Positions 1-7,028 of a DNA stretch of 54,307 nt are shown here, piece by piece (the stretch's first letter is position 1; the number at the start of each line of letters is the position of its first letter). Below the pieces are notes generated by a model. It saw nothing but the letters and a program-made list of their open reading frames with translations, made no database searches and was not told where the DNA came from. The translations under genes were made by a program, and so were the position numbers. This stretch comes from Candidatus Woesearchaeota archaeon. GTDB lineage: Archaea > Nanobdellota > Nanobdellia > Woesearchaeales > JABMPP01. The DNA is taken from the NCBI GenBank assembly GCA_013202955.1, contig JABMPP010000111.1, positions 1-54,307 on the forward strand, in the 5' to 3' direction.

Positions 1-111
1 AAAAGTTTGTTCATTTATTCGCCCCACAATCTTTTGTTACTCTAAAGTTAATATAATTTAGCTAGAGCAATAAAATAATATATAAAGCTTTTGGTTTTTA
101 CAAGAATTATT

Positions 112-789
112 CTATTTTTTGCTGAAATTAAATGTCTCAGTTAGGTCAATATTTGATTCAGCATACTCTGTTTTAGGCTTTTTTTCCTCTGACTCTTCCG
201 TGTCAATCTCTTCTTCTTTTTCTTCAATATCTTGTTCCTGGTTTTCTGGCTCAGATTGCTCTTGTTTTTCTTCCTCAGGTTGAACATCTTCTCCTACTTC
301 CTCATCATCTTCTATATCAACCTCTTCTTCTTTGGAAGCATGCTCTTCATTATTTCCATATACTTCTTCTTCATCCTGTTTCATCAGCTCAACAACTGTT
401 GACTCTTCTTTTGTCACATCATAATTAGGGTCATCCAATTTTTTCTGCTCAGCTATTTCTGGTTGCGGTTCTGGTTGTATTTTTGGGTCTGGCTCATTGA
501 TTCTTATCTTTTTCTTTTCTTCTGCTTTCTGCTCAGTTTGTTCTTCTGCTTCCACAGGTTCTGGCTCTGGTTCTGATTGGGCTTCTTCAATTGTTTCTTG
601 CTTCTCTTCTTCTTTTTCTTCTGGTTTTTTATAGAATTTTGCCTCTGCTTTTTGATCTAAGCTTTCTCTCATAAGCATGTTTTTTGCAAGCCTTGCTGCA
701 TCTTCCAAGCTTGCAGCCAATCCGCTATTCTTTAAATTCTGAGCTAGCTTGCTTATCTTCTCTTTCCATTCATCTGTTATTTCAACCAT
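112..789 (-). CDS. Hypothetical highly acidic Glu/Lys-rich low-complexity protein
   Basis: Uninterrupted 225-aa ORF. A short helical N-terminus is followed by E/D/K/Q/P-rich low complexity. No recognisable domain. Confidence 0.45.
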   Translation of the reverse strand: MVEITDEWKEKISKLAQNLKNSGLAASLEDAARLAKNMLMRESLDQKAEAKFYKKPEEKEEEKQETIEEAQSEPEPEPVEAEEQTEQKAEEKKKIRINEPDPKIQPEPQPEIAEQKKLDDPNYDVTKEESTVVELMKQDEEEVYGNNEEHASKEEEVDIEDDEEVGEDVQPEEEKQEQSEPENQEQDIEEKEEEIDTEESEEKKPKTEYAESNIDLTETFNFSKK

Positions 790-829
790 AGAATCTAACC
801 TTAAAAGTGGTAATATAAATATTTTGTTA

Positions 830-1324
830 TTAATCTATTGTTGTTGTGAAATCATCTCCTGTTTTATGAAACAATCTTTTTCCTTTATTTTTCAAAACAC
901 TGTTAATTATTTTCCCAACAAAGATCACATGATCTCCTGTCTCTAATTGATTTATTATTTCGCATTCAATATATGCTAATGCCTCTTTAATTCTTGGGCA
1001 GTCTATATTATCAGCATCTTCTTTTGTTAGTTTTGATTCCTTGAACTTATCAATATGCCTTCCTGAGTGTCGTCCGCAGTACAGAATCTCTTTCTCATAT
1101 TCAGGAGACATAAAATTCACAACAAAGCATCCTGATTCTTTTAACAGTTCATAGGAAAATCTTTCCTTTCCAACTGAGATTGCGTATAATCTTGGAGAGA
1201 ATGAAGTGGGCATGTGCCAGTCAATTGTGAATATGTTGTCGTTTTCCTTTTCCTTTCCCATCACAACAGCTTTTGCCCTGGTTGTTATTAATACAACCTG
1301 CCTTGGATTGGTTATCTCAGTCAT
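830..1324 (-). CDS. Flavin reductase-like (FMN-binding split-barrel) protein
   Basis: 164 aa. The length and sequence pattern (VVLITT..., FTIDWHMPTSFSPRLYAISVGKERFSYELLKESGCFVVNF, GDHVIFVGKI) are typical of the flavin reductase-like domain family. Confidence 0.7.
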   Translation of the reverse strand: MTEITNPRQVVLITTRAKAVVMGKEKENDNIFTIDWHMPTSFSPRLYAISVGKERFSYELLKESGCFVVNFMSPEYEKEILYCGRHSGRHIDKFKESKLTKEDADNIDCPRIKEALAYIECEIINQLETGDHVIFVGKIINSVLKNKGKRLFHKTGDDFTTTID

Positions 1325-1349
1325 ACCATATATAATATAGAAGGAATAT

Positions 1350-1823
1350 TTAAGCTTTGCCGAAGAATATAGTATCTTTCTCTTCTTCTATTGTTTTAAT
1401 GCTCTTAAAGTTTTTCTTTATTAGTGATTCTATTATTTCAAAGTTCTTGGAATTCTTCAGGATTGAGAACGCAAACTCATTCCCTACTCTTTTCATCTCT
1501 TTTAGCCCTTTTTCTATATTATGAAAGTTGTGGATTGCTGTTAAGCTTATCACAAAATCAAATTCTTTATCTTTGAAAGGAAGATTCTCTGCTTCTCCTT
1601 TGATAACTGGATGTTTTGATTGTTTTAGAAGCTCTTGACTTGGATCCACTCCAATTTTAGTGCAGTTGAGATAATCCAATGAAAAAGCTGTTCCGCACCC
1701 AACATCCAATAACCTAGAATCCTGTTTAATGTTTAGATTCTCTTTTATTATGCTTAGCTTTTTCAGCTGCTCTTCCTTATACAGTTCGTTGTATCCTTTT
1801 GATATTTCATTATAATATGTCAT
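1350..1823 (-). CDS. Class I SAM-dependent methyltransferase
   Basis: Motif I LLDVGCGTAFSL is followed by an acidic loop and an FDFVISLTAIHNF post-II/III pattern (Methyltransf_11-like). 157 aa. Confidence 0.75.
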   Translation of the reverse strand: MTYYNEISKGYNELYKEEQLKKLSIIKENLNIKQDSRLLDVGCGTAFSLDYLNCTKIGVDPSQELLKQSKHPVIKGEAENLPFKDKEFDFVISLTAIHNFHNIEKGLKEMKRVGNEFAFSILKNSKNFEIIESLIKKNFKSIKTIEEEKDTIFFGKA

Positions 1824-1905
1824 AACGAGCAGAAATATGCTTTGTATTATAAATATTCCTTATTTTTTCCTAAGTTTTATATACAATATACAATGTCTTG
1901 TTGTT

Positions 1906-2655
1906 ATGAAACATGAATGTGTTGAGATGCTTAAACAGCTTACAGGGAAGAAGTATGTAGTGATAACTAAAAGAGGGAACAGATCAATCAAATTATCTTT
2001 GAGGAAAGCAAAAGAGCTTGGGAAGAAAGAGCTATTGATTCAGGATCAAGGAGGATGGATAACATATAGACAGTTTGGTGAAGAGTTAGGATTTAATATA
2101 ACTGAATTGAAAACAAATCATGGCTTAATTGAGAATGTTCCTAAAGCAGATATTTTAATTGTTAATTCTATGACAGGTTATTTTGCAATGCAGGACATGG
2201 AAAAGCTAAGTAAAGAAGATATTTTTTTGATAAATGATGCATCAGGAAGCATTGGAACAGAGCAAGCCAAGTTTGGAGATATTATATTAGGTAGCTTTGG
2301 AAGATGGAAACCAATTAATCTTGAATCTGGTGGATTTATTGCAATGGATAATAAAGAATATCTGCCAGAAGATGAGAATGTTGAGCTGGATTACACTATA
2401 TTATATAATAAGCTAAAAGGATTAGGTGAAAGACTAGAAATGTTTAATGAATTAAATAAAAAAATAAAGAATGAATTAAAAGAGTTTGAGATTATTGATG
2501 GAGAAGGAATAAATGTTGTTGTTAAGTTCAAAAATGATGAAGAAAAGAATAAGATAATTAATTATTGCGAAAGAAATAAATATGAATATGTATTATGTCC
2601 TAAAGAGATAAGAGTTTTAGAGTATGCAATAAGCATTGAGGTAAAAAGAACATGA
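1906..2655 (+). CDS. Hypothetical protein with weak resemblance to fold-type I PLP-dependent (DegT-like) enzymes
   Basis: Start moved to the ATG at 1906, because a TATA-like tttatata lies at about 1877-1884 in the divergent intergenic region. The pattern ILIVNS..G...DM...FLINDASGSIG...GD..LGSFGRWKPI..ESGGFI resembles a PLP-lysine region. The protein is short for that family. Confidence 0.4.
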   Translation: MKHECVEMLKQLTGKKYVVITKRGNRSIKLSLRKAKELGKKELLIQDQGGWITYRQFGEELGFNITELKTNHGLIENVPKADILIVNSMTGYFAMQDMEKLSKEDIFLINDASGSIGTEQAKFGDIILGSFGRWKPINLESGGFIAMDNKEYLPEDENVELDYTILYNKLKGLGERLEMFNELNKKIKNELKEFEIIDGEGINVVVKFKNDEEKNKIINYCERNKYEYVLCPKEIRVLEYAISIEVKRT

Positions 2656-2897
2656 AATTGATGTGGATTGTTATTGTATTCCTTGTTATTGGTGGTTTTA
2701 TTATTGCAAAGAGCAATGATTTGGACCTTGAAGAAGGAGATGACAGAAAAACATTCCTCAAGACATTTGGTGGATGGATTGTTGATACTGGAAAGAATGT
2801 AAAAGGAGTTACTTCTTATGCTGTAAAAGAGTATGACTGGCTGCCAGAAGATAATGAAACTAATTTAAGTGGTGATATTGATGTTGAAGAAACCTGA
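2652..2897 (+). CDS. Small membrane-anchored protein
   Basis: 81 aa with an N-terminal hydrophobic helix (MWIVIVFLVIGGFIIA) and an acidic tail. The start overlaps the upstream stop (ATGA). Confidence 0.45.
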   Translation: MKLMWIVIVFLVIGGFIIAKSNDLDLEEGDDRKTFLKTFGGWIVDTGKNVKGVTSYAVKEYDWLPEDNETNLSGDIDVEET

Positions 2898-2901
2898 GAG
2901 T

Positions 2902-3273
2902 ATGAATGAAGTTGTTTATTTTACAAGAAGAGCTGTTGATGATGGAAAAATAATGGCTTGGGCATTTAAGGATATGTGTCCTGAATGCGGCAAAGGATTA
3001 ATGGGAAAGCCTGTTGAAAAGGGTAAAGTCAAGATAAGGGCAAAAGAATATGTATGCCCTGAGTGCAATCATACTGTTGAAAAAAATGAGTATGAGGAAA
3101 CATTAACATTAAGTGTTGAGTATACATGCCCTAAATGCAGGTTTGAAGGAGAAGCTGAGATACCATTCAAAAGAAAGAGTTTTCAGGGAGTAAAATCATT
3201 TGTGTTTGAATGCGAGAAATGCAGTGAAAAGATTCCCATTACCAAGAAGATGAAAGGCATTAAAGAGAAATAA
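2902..3273 (+). CDS. Multi-zinc-ribbon protein
   Basis: Four CxxC pairs (CPECG, CPECN, CPKC, CEKC) are arranged as two zinc ribbons. The start is ambiguous: GTG 2869, ATG 2881 or ATG 2902. The first ATG after the upstream stop was chosen. Confidence 0.55.
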   Translation: MNEVVYFTRRAVDDGKIMAWAFKDMCPECGKGLMGKPVEKGKVKIRAKEYVCPECNHTVEKNEYEETLTLSVEYTCPKCRFEGEAEIPFKRKSFQGVKSFVFECEKCSEKIPITKKMKGIKEK

Positions 3274-3324
3274 ATTTTTATTTTCTAATTAATTTTTTAT
3301 ACTTGTTGTTATTTTTAAGTGAAA

Positions 3325-3951
3325 ATGGCTTTTAGGCAGCTTCAAGATCTGGTTTTTAATTACACCAAAGAATTTAAACCTCAATATTGGCCTTCATTGG
3401 ATATTTCTGCAAGATTAGAGCAAGAAATGGGTGAATTATCAAAAGTACTTAATATTAAATACGGCCAAAAGAGAGAAAAGCCAGACGAAGAGGTTAACAC
3501 GATTGAAGAAGAGATGGCAGATGTTCTTTTTACATTGTGCTGCTTAGCTGATTCTCATGAATTGTCTATTGATTTGTTCATAAATGAGTTAATGAATAAG
3601 GAGTATAGAACAAAAGGCTATGAGGATTATGGGGATGATGAAACTTTAAAGAGTATAAGAGATCAGATTTACAAATTAAAAAATCCAGAATATGAAAATT
3701 TAAATCAGTTAGAGATTCTTGCAAAATTGAATAAGAATTCAGGAGATTTAGCAGGTGTTATTTTTGATAGAAGAGTTTCAATGCAAAATGGGGATGATGA
3801 TTATTTTAAACCGCTTGGAAATGCAATAGCAAATATTGTTATAACAATGTTTTATCTTGCTGGGATGGAAAATATAAATCTTGAAAAATCATTTGTTGAT
3901 AAAATAGATTATTATAAACAAAGAGGAGATCCAGATACTTATAGGAAATAA
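3325..3951 (+). CDS. MazG-like nucleoside triphosphate pyrophosphohydrolase
   Basis: Has the EQEMGELSK...EEEMADVLFTLCCLA motif pair typical of all-alpha MazG NTP-PPases. A second degenerate MazG-like half is present (NSGDLAGVI...GNAIANIVITMFYLA). Confidence 0.7.
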   Translation: MAFRQLQDLVFNYTKEFKPQYWPSLDISARLEQEMGELSKVLNIKYGQKREKPDEEVNTIEEEMADVLFTLCCLADSHELSIDLFINELMNKEYRTKGYEDYGDDETLKSIRDQIYKLKNPEYENLNQLEILAKLNKNSGDLAGVIFDRRVSMQNGDDDYFKPLGNAIANIVITMFYLAGMENINLEKSFVDKIDYYKQRGDPDTYRK

Positions 3952-3996
3952 TATTGCGTAAACTATATATAGTGTGTTTATTTCTAAACTTAAATC

Positions 3997-5985
3997 ATGA
4001 AAACTAAATATTATGTAACTACGGCAATTGCATACCCAAATTCAACACCACACCTGGGACACGCTTTGGAGATAATCCAGGCTGATGTAGTTGCACGTTT
4101 CAACAGATTGTTAGGTAAGGAAGTAGTTTTCCAAACAGGAACTGATGAACATGGCACAAAGAATTGGGAAACAGCACAAAAAGAAGGAAAAGAGATAAAA
4201 AGTTTTCTAGATCATAATGTTGCTATATTCAAAGACTTATACAAAAAATTGGATATTTCTTATGATTATTTTATTAGAACAAGTGATAAAAAGGTTCATT
4301 ATCCTGGCGCAAAAAAATTATGGTCAGAGTTAGTCAAAGCAGGAGATATTTACAAGAAGAATTACAAAGGATTGTATTGTTCAGGATGCGAAGCATACAA
4401 AACAGAAAAAGAGCTAGAAGATGGAAAATGTCCTAATCATCCAACAAAAGAAATTAATGTTTTTGAGGAAGAAAACTATTTCTTCAAATTATCAAAGTAT
4501 AAAGGTGAAGTGATAAAAAAAATAAAAAAAGATGAATATAAAGTTGTTCCTGACAAAAGGAAAAATGAAATATTATCTTTCTTAAAAGAAGCAAAAGATA
4601 TTTCGTTCTCAAGACCAAAATCTTCACTTCCTTGGGGAGTTCCTGTTCCAGATGATGATGAGCATGTTATGTATGTTTGGTGCGATGCATTATCAAATTA
4701 TATAACTGGAGTTGGTTATGGCACAGATGATAAAAAATTCAAAGAGGTATGGCCTGCTGATGTTCATATTATTGGAAAAGATATTCTTAGATTTCATGCA
4801 GCTTTCTGGCCTGCAATGCTATTGTCTGCAAAAGTCAAGCTTCCTAAAGATCTTTTTGTACATGGTTTTGTGCTAACAAGTGGCGCAAAAATGAGTAAAT
4901 CAACAGGAAATGTTATAGAGCCATTTGAGCAAATAGAAAAATTTGGAGTTGATCAATTCAGATTCAATATCCTAGACTCAATGCCTTATGGAAGTGATGG
5001 TGATTATTCTGAAGAGCTTGTAGTTGAAAGAGTAAACACTGAATTAGTTGGGAACCTTTCAAACTTCTGCTACAGAGCATTGAATTTCTGTAACAAAAAC
5101 TTTGATTCAAAATTAGGAAAAGTGGATAAATCAGATGTTATTAAAAAAATTGAAACAAAGATTAATGATGTTAAAAAAGCCTATGAAAAATATGACTTTA
5201 AAAAAGCAATTGATGAAATATTATCAATCTCAGATCTAGGAAACAAATATTTCCAGAGCTCAGAACCATGGAAACTAATCAAAGAAGATAAGGAAAAAGC
5301 AAGATCAGTTATCACAACTAGTGTTAATATAATAAAGAATCTTGTGGTAATGCTAAAGCCTATTATTCCAGGATTTGCTGAGGCTATTGAAAAGCAATTA
5401 AACTTAAAAGATTTAGGATGGAGAGATATTAACTTTAAGCTTGAGAATCATAAGATAAATAAATCTGAGATAATAGTGAGAAAGGTTGAGAAAATAGATG
5501 TTAAAGAGGAAAGTGAGTTTTCAAAGCTGAATATTAAGGTTGCAAAAGTTCTTGATATTAAAGATCATCCTGATGCTGACAAATTATATGTTATGAATAT
5601 TGATCTTGGAAAAGAGAAAAGACAGTTAGTTGCTGGGCTTAGAGATTTTTATGATAAGAAAGAGATAGATGGCAAAAAGATATGTGTTCTTACTAATCTC
5701 GAGTATGCAAAATTAAGAGGGATTGAAAGCCAGGGAATGCTGTTAGCAGGAGATGATGGCAAGAATGTTGGATTGTTGTTTGCTGATAAATCAAAACCCG
5801 GAGATCAGATTTTTATTGATGGTGTTGAGAAATTTTCTGATAAAAAAATTAGTTTCAAAGAGTTCTTAGAGATAAAAGGATTAGAAGTGAAGAATAAAAA
5901 GCCAACATTCAAATCAAGTGTGCTGAAAACAGAGCAAGAAGAGATTAAAGTAGAGAAGTCCAAAGACGGTGCACGGATAAGATAG
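3997..5985 (+). CDS. metG: Methionyl-tRNA synthetase with C-terminal tRNA-binding (Trbp111/EMAP-like) domain
   Basis: Contains the class I HIGH-type motif (PHLGHALE), KMSKS, and a Cys knuckle (CSGCEA...CPNH). The C-terminal region (VAKVLDIKDHPDADKLYVMNIDLG...) is an OB-fold tRNA-binding domain. Confidence 0.95.
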   Translation: MKTKYYVTTAIAYPNSTPHLGHALEIIQADVVARFNRLLGKEVVFQTGTDEHGTKNWETAQKEGKEIKSFLDHNVAIFKDLYKKLDISYDYFIRTSDKKVHYPGAKKLWSELVKAGDIYKKNYKGLYCSGCEAYKTEKELEDGKCPNHPTKEINVFEEENYFFKLSKYKGEVIKKIKKDEYKVVPDKRKNEILSFLKEAKDISFSRPKSSLPWGVPVPDDDEHVMYVWCDALSNYITGVGYGTDDKKFKEVWPADVHIIGKDILRFHAAFWPAMLLSAKVKLPKDLFVHGFVLTSGAKMSKSTGNVIEPFEQIEKFGVDQFRFNILDSMPYGSDGDYSEELVVERVNTELVGNLSNFCYRALNFCNKNFDSKLGKVDKSDVIKKIETKINDVKKAYEKYDFKKAIDEILSISDLGNKYFQSSEPWKLIKEDKEKARSVITTSVNIIKNLVVMLKPIIPGFAEAIEKQLNLKDLGWRDINFKLENHKINKSEIIVRKVEKIDVKEESEFSKLNIKVAKVLDIKDHPDADKLYVMNIDLGKEKRQLVAGLRDFYDKKEIDGKKICVLTNLEYAKLRGIESQGMLLAGDDGKNVGLLFADKSKPGDQIFIDGVEKFSDKKISFKEFLEIKGLEVKNKKPTFKSSVLKTEQEEIKVEKSKDGARIR

Positions 5986-6086
5986 TTCTTAATAGAAAGC
6001 TTTAAATAGTTCTAATGCATATCATGTGTATATCAAATGCATATGGTGGTAATGTGATTTATAAAAATCATTGGAGGTGATTTTTA

Positions 6087-6341
6087 ATGGTACTAGCAAG
6101 ATTAAATATTAATGAATATACAAATAAAGTGCTTAATGTTATAAAAGCAAAATTTGATTTAAAGGATAAATCTGAAGCACTAAATAAATTCAGTGAGATG
6201 TATGGTGATGAAATGGCTGAAAAAGAAGCAAGTGATGAATACATAAAAAAAATTATAAATATTGATGAAAAACATATGAAGAAATATGGCTATAAGAAAA
6301 TGAGTTTAAAAGAGCTTGATAAGTTATGCGAGGTTGTCTGA
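6087..6341 (+). CDS. Putative antitoxin (archaeal DUF2683-like) of a RelE-type toxin-antitoxin pair
   Basis: 84 aa, preceded by GGAGGTGA. Its stop overlaps the start of the downstream RelE-like ORF (TGATG). The N-terminus (NKVLNVIKAKFDLKDKSEALNKF) is typical of small archaeal antitoxins. Confidence 0.55.
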   Translation: MVLARLNINEYTNKVLNVIKAKFDLKDKSEALNKFSEMYGDEMAEKEASDEYIKKIINIDEKHMKKYGYKKMSLKELDKLCEVV

Positions 6342-6613
6342 TGTTTGATTTTGGGTTATCAGATGAACTAAAGATAAAGATAAGAAAACTTGTAAGAAGA
6401 GATAAGAAAAAAGTTGAGATTATAAATAAAAAGATAAAAGAGATCATAAATAATGATTCTGATTCTATAGAAAGATATAAAAATCTAAAATATGACCTCA
6501 AAAAATTCAAAAGAGTCCATATAGACAAACATTTTGTTTTGATTTTCAAGATTGACAAAGAAAAGAATTTCATCTTATTTGAAGATTTTGAGCATCATGA
6601 CAGAGTTTATTGA
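6341..6613 (+). CDS. RelE/ParE-family toxin
   Basis: About 90 aa and basic. The C-terminal FKRVHIDKHFVLIFKIDKEKNFILFEDFEHHDRVY matches the RelE/YoeB-like beta-sheet core ending in HHD..Y. Start placed at the ATG that overlaps the antitoxin stop. Confidence 0.65.
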   Translation: MFDFGLSDELKIKIRKLVRRDKKKVEIINKKIKEIINNDSDSIERYKNLKYDLKKFKRVHIDKHFVLIFKIDKEKNFILFEDFEHHDRVY

Positions 6614-6641
6614 ATTATTTTTATTTCTTTAAACCAAAAAG

Positions 6642-6743
6642 CTTATATATCAGTTCATCTAGTGAACTAAATAGTTCATAATAAGCACAAACTAGTTCAT
6701 AAAAAGAACTGTTTTGTTCAGAACATGAACAGGTTAGTTCAGG
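6642..6743 (+). promoter_or_regulatory. TATA-like box plus five 21-nt-phased [A/T]GTTCA boxes with interleaved inverted copies (putative operator array)
   Basis: The TATA-like cttatatat lies at 6642-6650. AGTTCA occurs at 6652, 6673, 6694 and 6736, and TGTTCA at 6715, all exactly 21 nt apart. Inverted copies occur at 6663 (TGAACT), 6706 (GAACT) and 6726 (TGAACA). The array ends 3 nt before the ATG of the wHTH gene. Confidence 0.6.
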
Positions 6744-7028
6744 ATGCGAACAGATCTAATATATTTCATATTAAGCTCGGAAAACAGGAAAAAGATAATT
6801 AAAACTATATTTGAATCCTCGAAAAAGCAATGGAGCTGCTCTTTTATTGAAGAAGCAACAAAAATTTCTCACTCAACTGTTTTTAGAACATTGATTAACC
6901 TAAAGGAGCTTAGGATTCTAAAGAGTGTCAGGATAAATAAAAAGGATTCAATATATGAGTTGAGCATTGAGCCGGAATTGCTAAAAGAGCTGGAAAGATT
7001 CACAAAAACAAAAAGAGGTGTTAGATAA
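6744..7028 (+). CDS. Winged-helix (ArsR/MarR-like) transcriptional regulator, first gene of the giant-protein cluster
   Basis: 94 aa. Has an HTH pattern (FIEEATKISHSTVFRTLINLKELRILKS) followed by a wing (RINKKDSIYEL). Its stop overlaps the next ORF's ATG (TAATG). Confidence 0.7.
   Translation: MRTDLIYFILSSENRKKIIKTIFESSKKQWSCSFIEEATKISHSTVFRTLINLKELRILKSVRINKKDSIYELSIEPELLKELERFTKTKRGVR

Noticed and set aside
6253-6573. 106-aa minus-strand ORF antisense to the toxin-antitoxin pair.
   Set aside because: It overlaps both TA genes completely. Its product is a Phe/Leu/Ser/Ile-rich low-complexity string. The TA reading frames have recognisable family features.
6651-6743. Possible CRISPR-like array, also considered for 36551-36651.
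   Set aside because: The repeat units are only 6-9 nt at 21-nt or roughly 10-nt phasing. There are no 25-40-nt repeats with unique spacers and no cas genes in the window. These are operator-type motif arrays.
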